This document shows positions 25,200 through 36,512 of a DNA stretch of 64,000 bases, in pieces (within the stretch, counting starts at the first letter, position 1; each line of letters begins with the position of its first letter). This DNA is from Rhina ancylostomus. Lineage: Eukaryota. The translations under genes were made by a program, and so were the position numbers. The stretch is taken from the NCBI GenBank assembly GCA_030265395.1, contig JARFYF010000052.1, positions 110,310,017-110,374,016 on the forward strand, written 5' to 3'. The notes beneath the pieces were generated by a model. That model was not told where the DNA came from and ran no database searches. It was given only the letters and a program-made list of their open reading frames with translations.

Positions 25200-26420
25200 G
25201 GAACTGTCGCCAACGACTGATTGTGGTCGGTGACCTCTCATCAGATCTGGAAAAGGTTAGAGGAGAGGAAAGAGCAAAAGGAGGATCTGTGATAAGGCTG
25301 AATACTGAAGTGGTTATAAGCCCAGAGGACATGGGAATGAAACCAAAGTTGTGTACAGTGGAGATGCAAGTGGGAATTGCAGCACTGTCTTAAATTGTTG
25401 AACTCAATATTGAATCCAACAAGCTGGAATGTACCTGAGTGAAAGGTGTAGTACTGTTTCTCAGTCTCATGCTGAGATGATCCATGGCACAGTGTTAGAT
25501 TGAGCCTAGAGAATTAACTGGTGGCAACCAGGACCTAGGAGCGTTCAGCAAAGGGGTCACCCATGGTTTCCCTGTGCAAAGCGGCAAACACTAACTCAAT
25601 TACTTTAATTGCTGCTTCACCTGAAAGAAATATTTGGAGCTGCATGGCAAAGGGGGAGATGTTGTCTTCCCTGTGTTTGCACTGATGCGTGTCAAGGGAA
25701 AGTGGCAGGGTGGGTCGTGATCCATGGTGTTGGGGAAAGGGCAATCCCTTTAGAGCAATGCAGGAGGAGGGGAAGTGTGTTTGATTGTGGCATCATGCAG
25801 GTGTTTGTCATTTGAATATGGCTACTGGTAGGCTGGAAGGTGATCGTGAGGGGAATGATCATGTGGTTTGTGAGGGAGGAGAATGGGCCAGAGCAGTATA
25901 GAAAATGGAATGTACATGGCTCAGGGGCTTGGGAACCACAGTTGGGTCAAGGGGTGAGGAATGGGCAGGGATAGTCCTTGGTTGAGGAAGGAAGAAGTTA
26001 TCCTGGAAGCACTGGTATGGAAGATGGCACCATCAGAACAAATAAGACAGAAACACTGGGAGAGATTAGAGACCTTACAGAATGCAGGGTGGAAGGAAAT
26101 AGAGTCAAGGTCGTCATGAAAGTCGGTAGGTGTAGAGTAGGTATTGGTCAGTAGTCTGCCCCAGAAATGCAGATATAGAAATCTGGGGAAAGAAGAATAG
26201 ATTTAGTAACAAATTATGTAAAGAGAAAGTAAGGTTGAAAATTGGAAGCAAAGTAGATGAAATATTCCAGTTCAGAGTGAGAGCAAGGGGAGGCACCAGT
26301 TTTAATGTGTGGAGAAAGGGGGAAGGAGGAGACCTAAGCAGAACAAAGAATGTTCTACATACCCCGTGAAAAGACAAGCTCATTAGAAACCACACAGGTT
26401 TCCATAGCAACACCCTTTAT
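25200..26420 (-). mobile_element. Penelope-like element, old 3' fragment
   Basis: minus strand KGVAME, LYTYRLS*RP*LY (decayed YKPTDSHSYLDY), endonuclease C-terminus, then ctgatgagaggtcaccgacc terminal motif. Confidence 0.7.
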
Positions 26421-27201
26421 TTGGAAGATGCCCTTCTTGTGTTATTCATATTTGGGTTGAATCACCTTGTTGACAATAAAATTGTCCATTATTTTTTTTC
26501 AATCATTTTTATTAGTTTTCAAATCAATACAAATGGTATATGGCATCAAAGTTTGGACATATCTTACTGGTTCTCTCTCAAATCTTAGATAACCATACAA
26601 TAAAATATAGAAAAAACAAAGTCCAGCGATCTCTTAGTTAATGAAGAGAGTATNNNNNNNNNNNNNNNNNNNNNNNNNNNNNNNNNNNNNNNNNNNNNNN
26701 NNNNNNNNNNNNNNNNNNNNNNNNNNNNNNNNNNNNNNNNNNNNNNNNNNNNNGAAGAGAGTATAAAAGAAAGGAAAGAAAAAAGGTTTATTATATACAT
26801 TAAAAAAAGAAAAAGAAACCCCAAATCAATGTATAAAAAAAAATTACAAACCATATAAACTAAGCAAACAAAAATAAAAAAAAACAAAAAAAACTGGGCC
26901 AATTGTCCATTATTAGTGGTCAAAAGGATCAGCTCTTTGAAGCCAAATCCAAACTGGGAGTCCAAAGCCAAATTTGCAATTGGAAATTATTTATTTTGCA
27001 TATGTACTATTTTTGCTACAGGCAAGAAGTGACATTACAATCCAATAGAATTACGTTGCCTCCAGTGACCAGGACTTCCGACAATTTATTCTGAAAGATT
27101 ACCTGTAAATGGACTTTTGGCTTCAGAGACAATATAAGGAAATGTTAATGGTAAACATAAAGTTGTGATTTATGACTAATTAGGGGGCTTGGATTTTGCA
27201 G

Positions 27202-27404
27202 GTATCTAATACCATGTAATCACATGATGTTGAGCCAGCGTCAGGCCGTGAGAGAGAGAGACTGCTACTCGGTGTCTGCTGCCAAACTGCTTGCCTTGAT
27301 GCCAGCCTGCTGTAACTCTGGCATCACCCTTGTCCAAGGACAACCAGAGGGTGAAAACATCCTGGGATCAAGGGTCTCTGATCCATCTCACACAATCACT
27401 GAAG
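27202..27404 (+). CDS. FHIP1A: FHIP1A coding exon
   Basis: ttgcag|G TAT...GAA G|gtatgg, 203 nt, phase 2/1; YLIPCNHMMLSQRQAVRERDCYSVSAAKLLAL. Confidence 0.93.
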
Positions 27405-27449
27405 GTATGGGTTTTTTTTTGGTGGTGTTTCATTTTATCTCCTGCAGTT

Positions 27450-27900
27450 GAAAATTGCAGAGTACCTGTGTGTCCATTAATAGTACCAGGGGTTTGACTG
27501 CAAGTAATCGAGTGGAGGTTTCTTTGCCTATATTAGATCTGTTACCATGAGACTTCATGGTATCTGGATTCAGTAGTGAGGACTCTCTTGGCTACTCCCT
27601 CCTCTGTATACACCACTGTGCTGCCACCTCTGCTAGGTCAGTTTCCCCAGTGGAACAGGATGTATCCAGGACTTGTGATGGAGGAGTCTGGCACATTTTT
27701 ACAGATATAATCCTGTGAGTTCAATTTTGTCAGGCTGTTGCTAAAGTAATCCCTGGGACATCTCACCAAATTTAGACATCGGTTCCCAGACGTCCGTGCG
27801 ATGACTTTGCAAAGTCGACAATGCTGGGAGTGACTTTGCTGTGTGTGAATTTAGTACCCAGCTTAATACCAGGTCATCCATCTAGTTTTATCCTCCTCCT
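27450..27900 (-). mobile_element. LINE AP-endonuclease fragment (CR1/L2 group)
   Basis: minus strand PGYILFHWGN*PSRGGSTVVY...HEVSW (PGY..DR...RGGG.VY pattern). Confidence 0.65.
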
Positions 27901-28034
27901 GTTTTAACTTGACCATCAGGATGAACCTTTGGTAGGATTATACTTACAAGCAATGTGCCAGACTCCTCCAGCACAGTTCCTGGATACATCCTGTCCTTCT
28001 GTGGAGACAGACCTACCAGAGTTGGCAGCACAGA

Positions 28035-28335
28035 GGGGCTCATTAGGGCATTTCAAGGGGCAGTTGAGTCAGGGAGTCACGCAAGTGCTGGACAGGGTAA
28101 CGATACCAGATTTTGTCCCCAGAAAGACATAGTGAACTAGATTTGTTTTTTTTAAACAAAGATGCTATAGTTCTGTGGTTGCCACCAGAAAGATGAGTTT
28201 CATTTTAAGTTTTAAGAAATTAGATTATTTTTAACTGAATATCAATTCTGCAGTTGTCCTGGTGGGATTTGTACACTGCTCTCTGGGTTGCTAGCCCTGT
28301 TCCTTGATGTACTAGTCCAGCCATCACCCTGTCTA
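28035..28335 (-). mobile_element. tRNA-derived SINE, old
   Basis: ggtgggatttgtacac B-box-like on minus strand; body resembles a common shark SINE (recalled). Confidence 0.5.
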
Positions 28336-28894
28336 CTCACAAGGCGATGATAACTTATTCTGTCTATCTGTCAATGATAAGCTAACACATCATTTTCTAG
28401 AAGTAAAGAATAAAAATTAACAAATATATTATTGAAAAGATGCAGGATCTCATTCAGGAAGCTAGGATTGATGGGATTGCATTGTGAACTGGCATAGAAC
28501 CAATGGGCCAAATGGCCTCCTTCATTGTTGTATGTATCTATTTAGTTTCCAAGTCCAATCAGTTAAGTTTTTTATTTGCGATGATGATCGCAGCATAAGT
28601 TCTTGTAGCAAACCATTTCCCACCCTTTTCCAGTCCATTAGCCATGCTAGTCCCTGTTTTTTTTCTTTCTTTTAACAATCTGTGGTGCTGTCAAGTGTAG
28701 AAGTATGCCTAAAATTGAAAATATTTAGACTCAAATACAGTTGAGATCCCAGAGGTTGGAACCTTGCCCTCACATGAGTAGCACTTTCAGGGAGGTAGGT
28801 GAAAAATATGAACTTCATTCATATCTAAATCATGTGGCTCCTTTATCACCCAGATGCCCCTCATAATATCAACTTTAATCTTATTTTGTCTCAG

Positions 28895-29956
28895 GCTCTG
28901 AAGGAATGGTAGCATGCGCAGAAATCCCAGGGGATTGGGACAGACTCCGTAAACCACTGGATATCAGTTACCTGCAGTACCTGTGGGAGGCTCGGGTTAA
29001 CATTACTGCCTGCATGAGAAAATGTAGCGTGTGGTCTGCACCTTATGATGGTGAAAATCCAGATCCTGAACTTTTCTCCCCTGTATTGTCAGAGGGCACC
29101 AGCAAACTCAGTAGCAAAACACCAGCTAAGAGCCAGCACAATTCCGTCATCAGGAGGACCAGGTCAAAGACCAGTTCCATCAGGGAAAAGATGCAGCTGG
29201 AGTTGGAATGGGATGACAGCTACGATACTGGAATGTCTCCTGGGTCTGATGAAGGTTCTCTACAGCCTTATTTACCTATTAAGCAAGGAACTGTGAACGA
29301 TGCACAACCAGCTGATCCTCCCAAACACATTCAGGAGATGAAGAAAAGTGCATTAATGCTTATTAGAGGGTCCTACATTGAGGAATCAGATTTCCATGAT
29401 GATGTCATGGTTTATAGACTATGTGCTGAAAAGGATGCTCAGGATAATGTTGAAAGTAATGCTAAAAAGGTAAAAGCACCAGCTTCTGAGAGGAGCACAG
29501 ATCAGAAGGTACAGTTGAGCAACGGGCCGGTGAATCGGACAATGCAGAGCACATCAAGGAGTGCGGTTTCTGAGAAACAAAACACTGGGAGTACCCTCAC
29601 TGAGCAGGGCACAGAAATGGAGCATTCTGGACAGGGGCATGGCCAAGGAGATCAGAACAAGGAAGATGGATTGAGCACTGAGTCCAAAGGCTCCAACCAG
29701 CACACACTGAGCATGGAGACTGAAGACTTCCTTTCTCAGTATCATGACCTTCTTGCAAAACGACACTATAATCCGATTGAATTGGTCGCATTGAACCAAA
29801 ATTCTTCTGAACCCAGCACTCCTACAGAGGATGAAGATGATTTTGAGAAGTTCACTGTGGCCCCACATTCCGACAACCTAACTTTTCCATTTGGTCCGAA
29901 AGTTCACTTAATGTATTCCAATAATCCAGCGAGGATACATGGAGCTCCATTCACAG
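28895..29956 (+). CDS. FHIP1A: FHIP1A large exon encoding the acidic, probably disordered insert
   Basis: ctcag|GC...ACA G|gtatgt, 1062 nt, phase 1/1; overlaps ORF 28906-30039; YLQYLWEAR, WSAPYDGENP, LEWDDSYD, GSYIEESDF, ends APFTG. Confidence 0.93.
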
Positions 29957-30044
29957 GTATGTCGACTTACAGAAAGGAGTATCTGAATTTGGGTGTCATA
30001 AATCTAGCAGCCAACATTAGGGAGAGGTCATTTCAGTAGCACTA

Positions 30045-30410
30045 TTGAGTTAGTGAGGATGTCTTTGGCTGTGTCACATCACTCTTATCTTGCAGAGTTG
30101 TGGATTCAAGCCCCAAGCCATTGAATACCTACACTGTTGACTTGAAAAAAAATCTTGATTGACATTTCAGTATAATAATAAGGGAATCCTATACTGCCTG
30201 AGCCATTAAAGGGGGGAGGGGGAACTGTATTGGAAACGGATGTAAACGATCCTTCTCAAACAGATAAACCTTGCTGTTTGTGGGGTGTTACCGTGCACAA
30301 ATCTGCTGTCAAGTTCCCTATGTTGAAACAGTGAGAATAGTTAATAGGTTGTAAACTGCTTCGTGATGTCCTGAGATCATGGAAAGTGCTTTATAAATGC
30401 ATTTCATTTA
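30045..30410 (+). mobile_element. DeuSINE-like (SacSINE1/AmnSINE1-related) element
   Basis: gttgtggattcaagcccc head; ttgctgtttgtgggg...gtgcacaaat...ggttgtaaactgcttcgtgatgtcctgag...tataaatgca L2-type tail. Confidence 0.65.
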
Positions 30411-30949
30411 TTTGTTAACATTTATTGACCCACGGAGGCCAGATATAGCTCAAATCTGAGAAAATGATCTCAAAACGCTCAGATGAAATTCTGTAGTTCC
30501 CCAGCAGTTAAATTGCATGGTTCAGAATCAAGGGATAAATGTTAAAAGCAAATTGCAAATCAATATCACAGAATAGTGATGTGAATTTTTTTGGAGAAGA
30601 GTGTGTTCTCATCTGTCACAGTTTTTATTTTAAATACAAATTGAAAAGTCGATCTATAATGTTCTTAAGTACAGCCGAGAACTTGAACTGTCTGTCGAGC
30701 AGATACTTTTAAATAATATTCTTTAGTATTATGTATTGCAGTGTATGCAATTAGAGAACACATCAGATAAGTTAGGACCATCTGCTTTTTCCAGCCTGAC
30801 TTGGGTGTCATGATGCTTGGTGTGTTAGGATAACAACTATAGTTANNNNNNNNNNNNNNNNNNNNNNNNNNNNNNNNNNNNNNNNNNNNNNNNNNNNNNN
30901 NNNNNNNNNNNNNNNNNNNNNNNNNNNNNNNNNNNNNNNNNNNNNATAG

Positions 30950-31500
30950 TTATTGTGCATCAGGAATTCTCAAAGTGCCTCAACCAATGAGTGAATAACT
31001 TGTTTTGTAGAAAAAGACTGATCCGTGCACAGCAAGATCCCAGGCACCATAATAAACAACAATTATTCTAGTATAAAACAGACTCAGTAGCTCTGGCAGC
31101 ATCTAGGTCGAAAGAAGCATTTAATATTTCAGGTTGATGGTCTGATATGTTCTGATTAAAAGTCATTAACCTAAAATGTTAACTCTGTTTCTCTCTCTCT
31201 AGAAGCCCCCTAACTTGTTGAGTACTTCCAGCATTTTCTGTTTTTTTTCAGATTTCCAGCATCCACATCATTTTGCTTTTCATTCTGTAGTTTTTTGGCT
31301 ACTGGATACATATTAATGAGGATACCTGGTGAGCTCCTCGTTTTTTGTTGTACAATATCATCGGATCCACTAGGACCACTAGAGAAGGCTGACACTGCCT
31401 TTCATATAAGGATGGTGTTTGGTGTTCTTGCATATGGAGGTGAACTGTGGTGTTCAACTTGAAATCTCTACACAGAGATTTTGAACATCTCTACTTTTGT
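30950..31500 (-). mobile_element. DeuSINE-like element interrupted by a Penelope-terminal palindrome (31075-31285)
   Basis: gtgcacagcaagatccca (reverse of the Deu body); body resumes near 31310. Confidence 0.5.
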
Positions 31501-31516
31501 CTCTCTGTGGTGGCCA

Positions 31517-31755
31517 AGGGTCTGAGGGGAAACTTATTCACACAGAGGGTGGTGGATATTTGGAACGAGCTGCCAGGAGAACATGTAGAGTTAGGTACAG
31601 TAATGATGTTTAAAAGACATTGGATAGATACATGGATAGAAAAGGTTAGAAGGTTATGGACCAATTATCGGCTAATGGGACTAGCTCGGATCTTGTGTTG
31701 GCATGGACGAGTTGGGCCAAAAGGCCTGTTTTCTGTATTACCAACTCTGTGATTC
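31517..31755 (+). mobile_element. CR1 3' end
   Basis: LRGNLFTQRVVDIWNELP; tail gttgggccaaaaggcctgttt. Confidence 0.85.
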
Positions 31756-32065
31756 CATACAGCATGGAAACAGCTCCTTTGGCCTGTTGATGTCTCTGTT
31801 CTGATTATAAAGTGCCCATTTTATACTAATCCCTTTCTATTCTCCTTATATTCCTAGCTCAACCCCCAGATTCTAATATTCATACACATTAGGAGCAATT
31901 TACAGTGGCCAATTAACGTACCAAACTGCACACCTTTGGGATGTGGGAGATGCATGTGGTCACAGGAGAATGTGCAAACTCCACACTGACAGCACCAGAG
32001 GTCAGGATTGAACCTGGTCACTCAAGTTGTGAGGCAGCAGCACTACTACTTGCGCTATTGTGCGC
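31755..32065 (-). mobile_element. V-SINE (HE1-like) with CR1-type tail
   Basis: catacagcatggaaacag tail; gcaatttacagtggccaattaac; gtcaggattgaacc head. Confidence 0.85.
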
Positions 32066-33650
32066 AGCTTTACTTGCACATTGAAAATCATTTATAACAA
32101 AGTGAAATCATAATTTTTTTCTATTTTTTTGTATTATTTGACATTTGTTTTTTGCATTGAACAGATTGGTGCCTGTCTCTTTTGACTGCCTTAATGTTGG
32201 TTTCGATGGCCTAGACCATTCTGTGGCTGTGGTCCAGCTGTTATCTTTCAGGGCTTTTTGGTGAATTTATTTATAAAACAACTGGCCCAACCTGACCCCC
32301 AGCAAGAGAACTTGATCCAATGCATATGTAGTTGGGTCTCCTTGGGCTCATGTTGAAGTGGCTTCCATCTCTGTCTCTGCAGATGCTATCACCTAAACCA
32401 GTAGCCACCATGTCATGGGAATGTCACTGAGAACTTGCATGTAAGTACACTGCCCTCCCAGGGTGGAGGTCATGTTCTCCTGCCTCTGCCCAACCCCCTG
32501 TGAGGGCTTGGAGATGGACTGCTCCATGTGCCATGACATCTCCTCAGTTTGGTCAGGCTGGCTTGACAACACAGTAGCCACCTGGTTGTGCTTCATATCA
32601 ACCTTTTCTTGCAGGCAGCCCCATAACAGCCCTCCTCAGAGTGTCCTAGGGGAGTTCAGATGCATGGAGGCACCTGATTACTTGCACACAAAATATTTTT
32701 ACTGCAGCCTGCTGGTTCCTGATGTCTTCATGACACTTAGCTTTAGCCTAATCTGTCTATCCCATTCAGTATCAGCCTCTGGAGTGGTCCCGTGGATTGT
32801 CAGGTGTAGTGATGCACTGTAATCATCATCTTCGTCCTCCACTCATCCCTCCTGCTTCTCCAACTCTGTGTCCTGAGGTGGTGGTGAGGGAACGAAGAAA
32901 GCCGGTCCTCGTACCCTAATAAGACAAAGCGGAAGAGAGATGCACAGAGAAGCTGTTCTCTAATTCCTCTGTGGTGATACAGCAGCACACGTGGTAATGA
33001 AGATGTATACTATTGAGGACTGTAATAATCACAACATTGTTAATGAGTCAGGGGATTTGAGATGGTTTGAGCTTTGGTGGCCCCTCCACCACGAAGAAGA
33101 ATTGTCACCTCTGGCCTGATGAGGTGCTGCACTTGACATGACCTCCCCGTTCCCTCCCTGTTCAAGTGCTCTCCCTCCTTGTTATTTTAACCTATGGCTT
33201 CACGTTCTCCTACATCTCGAGGTTTGCCCCTCAATAGGGGGCTGATGAGCTAAACTGTCACTGGTAGGGTGAGAGTCAGAGGGCAGGGTGAGTAAAAGCT
33301 TGGATATGTCTTTCCCCCTAAGTCTCTCTGTAAGAGAGCTATATTTTTAGTGCTGCAACTCACCTTGACATCTCATAGGAGGTCATGAGGTTGTTCAGGG
33401 TTCCTCATTACTAAAGAAGACAATTTGTGGGACAACTTGCCAGGCTCTTTTTGTGGTTGTCGTGGTGGGTCTACTGCCTCCTGGCACACAGGACTGCCCC
33501 CCTGATAGGTTACTTATGAGCACATCTATGTTCCTTTCTGCAAAATAAACAGTTTTCTTTTTCATGTAAGATTTGTAACTTCATTGTAACTTTGGAAGCA
33601 GAATACATTACAGTCCCAAATTCTTAAATCTGTGATCTCGTTACAAGGAG

Positions 33651-33877
33651 CAACACACAAAATACTGGAGGAACTCAGCAGGTCAGGCAGCATCCATGGA
33701 GAGAAATGAACAGTCAACCTTTTGGGTCGAGACCCTTCATCAGGGTCTTCTAAAGGGTCTGGGCCTGAAATGTCGACTGTTCATTTCCCTCCATAGATGC
33801 AGCCTGACCTGCTGAGTTCCTCCAGCATTTTGTGTGTGTTGATCTGGATTTCCAGCATCCGTAGCCTCTCTTGTGTC
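33651..33877. repeat. Palindromic Penelope terminal-repeat pair
   Basis: 33651-33743 is the reverse complement of about 33747-33840; each arm carries a hammerhead-like motif. Confidence 0.85.
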
Positions 33878-34204
33878 AACTTTTACAAGGGAAGCATTGA
33901 AAATATCAGCAGAGAAAAAGAGTTTTTTGAAATGGCATTCATTCAGTATCTGTAAGACTGTTTGTTTTGTGCTTGCTCCACAGCACTCATGAGTGGTTGA
34001 GCCTAATGATGTGGGGACATCAGTATTTTGTTCCTTTGAAGCCCTTACATGTAGCTCATCAGTGCTGAACATATTTAAGTTAATTGCATCACATGAATGG
34101 GATACTGGTGTTTAAATATACTGCTCATGGTTGCATTCCCTGTGTTCAGATTTCATTAAGTCTGATCTATTGGCCATGGTGGAGGTGGCAGTTTTCCCAA
34201 AGTG

Positions 34205-34520
34205 AATCAGATTCAGGTTTATTATCACTGACTTGTATAACATGGAATTTGTTGTTTTGCGGCAGCAGTACAGTTCAAAGGCATAAAAACTACTATAAAT
34301 TACAAAATAAATGGTGCAAAAAGTAAGGAATAATGAGGTAGTGTTCATGGGTTCATGAACCATTCAGAAATCTGACGGCAGAAGGGAAGAAGCTGTTCCT
34401 AAATCGTTGAGTGTGGGTCTTCAGGCTCCTGTACCTCCTCCCCAATGGTAGTAACGAGATGAGGGCATGTCCTGGATGGTGAGGGTCCTTAGTGATGGAT
34501 GCTGCCTTCTTGAGGCACTG
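34205..34520 (-). mobile_element. Rex-Babar 3' end
   Basis: gaatcagattcaggtttattatcactgac tail; reverse complement of the 10700-10990 type. Confidence 0.8.
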
Positions 34521-35084
34521 TCCTGAGCAGAAACTTTCTGCATTTGGGCAGTCCAGTTCACCTGTTTCTCAAGAGCCAGCTAAGGGATTCACGAATGACT
34601 TCTACTTTTGTAAAGGAGAACTTCATAATGGTTTCACTTATATAATTTTTAAATTGTAATATTTTGGGAAGATAAATTTCTCTGATATAAACTTAGACCA
34701 TTTTGTTTACATTTATAAAATATTATTGCAAGTTCTNNNNNNNNNNNNNNNNNNNNNNNNNNNNNNNNNNNNNNNNNNNNNNNNNNNNNNNNNNNNNNNN
34801 NNNNNNNNNNNNNNNNNNNNNNNNNNNNNNNNNNNNCTTCCATACATATAAATAATATATTATGTATTAACCACCACATGAAACAAAAATAGAAAATGCT
34901 GGAAATACTTTGTACACAGTTAACATTTAAGGTTGATGCTTTCATTGTAGAATGTGGAAAAAATTATGTAAAGCATACTCTATTCTTTTGCATCTTCTGC
35001 TAACTATTGCCAGTATAAAACAACTGAATGCTTTAAGTTGGCTAAATAAAGGGTTTGCCAGGTCAATATTTAGCTTAACCTGAC

Positions 35085-36240
35085 TTCTCCTAATATTCAG
35101 CTCTGGTAAAGCCTTCATTAGAAGTCCCTGGATTGCAGACAGAGTGGAAATAATGGCCAGAAATATTGAAGTCAATGGTGGGAACAGAGTAGAAACTAAA
35201 ATCTGTATGCAATGTGGGGAAAAATATTAAGTTATAAAGACATTAATTGACAAAGCTGGGATAAAAACATTGGTAAATGTATGTTGGTGTGGGCAAATGT
35301 AAGGACATCCTCTTTGGATCTGAAGAGGATAGAAACAAATATTTTCTAAATGGTGAAAAGCTTGGGGAGACTTGAGGTTCTGTGTGCCCATCATCAAATG
35401 CTGTGAATAAGTACAGAAAATAATCAAGAAAGCCAACTGAATGTTGTTTCTTATCTAGATGACTGGAGTACACAGAATAGAAATCTAGGTCTTATCTAGA
35501 CCATATATGGATTACTGTGAGCATTTCTGAGTACATTCCCTCTGATTTTATTGATCTTGGAACAAGTATTGTGTAAATGCACCAGAATGACCCTCAGACT
35601 ACATAAGTTAAATTATGAAGAGGGATCACACAAAGTAGGAATAAGAGTAGAAAATGTGCAGAGGGTAACAGATCTTCAGGTCGATGTCCTATCAGAGCTT
35701 GATGGAGTAGAGTTCTGATGAAGATCTGGTAACCCTGAAGTAGTAACCCTGATTCTCCCACAGATGCTGCCTGACATGACATGTTGTTTTCCATCAGTTT
35801 CTGTCTTTATTTCAGATTTCTTGCATCTGCAGTATTTTGATTTGTGTTACCCAAAACAGGATTTATTCTGTAGAATTTACAAGCTGAGGAACTATTTGTT
35901 TGAAATTCAAGATATTGAGGGGAATCGAAAGGGGTAGAGAGAGAGAGAAAATATTTTGATTTCTGGAGTGTAATATCATGGAGCATGGTCTAAAAATTGG
36001 AGCCAGAACTTTCAGGAACAAAGTTTGGAAACAATTGTAAATGCAAAGGGTGATAGAAATTTGGAACACTCTATTTTGCAAACAGCAATTAATACAAGAT
36101 TAATTGATAATTTTAAATCTGGGATTGATAACCAAAGATATAAGTGAATATGAGGAAATGCCAGGTAAATGGAAATTAAGTTATAGATCAGTCATGATCT
36201 TGTTGAATTGTGAAACAGGCTTGAGAGGCTAATAGCTGAC
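35085..36240 (+). mobile_element. Old CR1 3' fragment with nested Penelope-terminal element (about 35640-35845)
   Basis: decayed RT C-terminus and 3' UTR tagatcagtcatgatcttgttgaattgtgaaacaggcttgag. Confidence 0.65.
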
Positions 36241-36333
36241 AGTTGCATGTTCTTGACAGTAAAGGAATTAACATCGGTATTAGCTGGATGTACTCTGTCT
36301 TCCTCTGACTCACTTTGATTTTCTATTTTACAG

Positions 36334-36512
36334 GACCATTCATTAGTGTTTTATTGTCTAAGCTGGAGAATATGATGGAAAATGAATTACATGTCAACTT
36401 GCTGCTTACTGGGATTGTTGCACAACTGGCTTGCTATCCACAACCCCTCCTCCGTTCCTTCTTGCTCAACACTAACATGGTCTTTCAGCCCAGTGTACGC
36501 TCACTTTATCAG
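36334..36512 (+). CDS. FHIP1A: FHIP1A coding exon
   Basis: ttacag|GA...CAG|gtacaa, 179 nt; GPFISVLLSKLENMMENELHVNLLLTG...YPQPLLRSFLLNTNMVFQPSVRSLYQ. Confidence 0.95.

Noticed and set aside
26643-26764. gaagagagtat repeated on both sides of a 100-N gap (likewise atagtta at 30839/30946)
   Set aside because: Most likely contig-end overlap from scaffolding; cannot be called a target-site duplication
29957-30039. ORF continuing past the large FHIP1A exon to a stop
   Set aside because: Read-through of the donor into the intron; the conserved sequence continues in exon 36334
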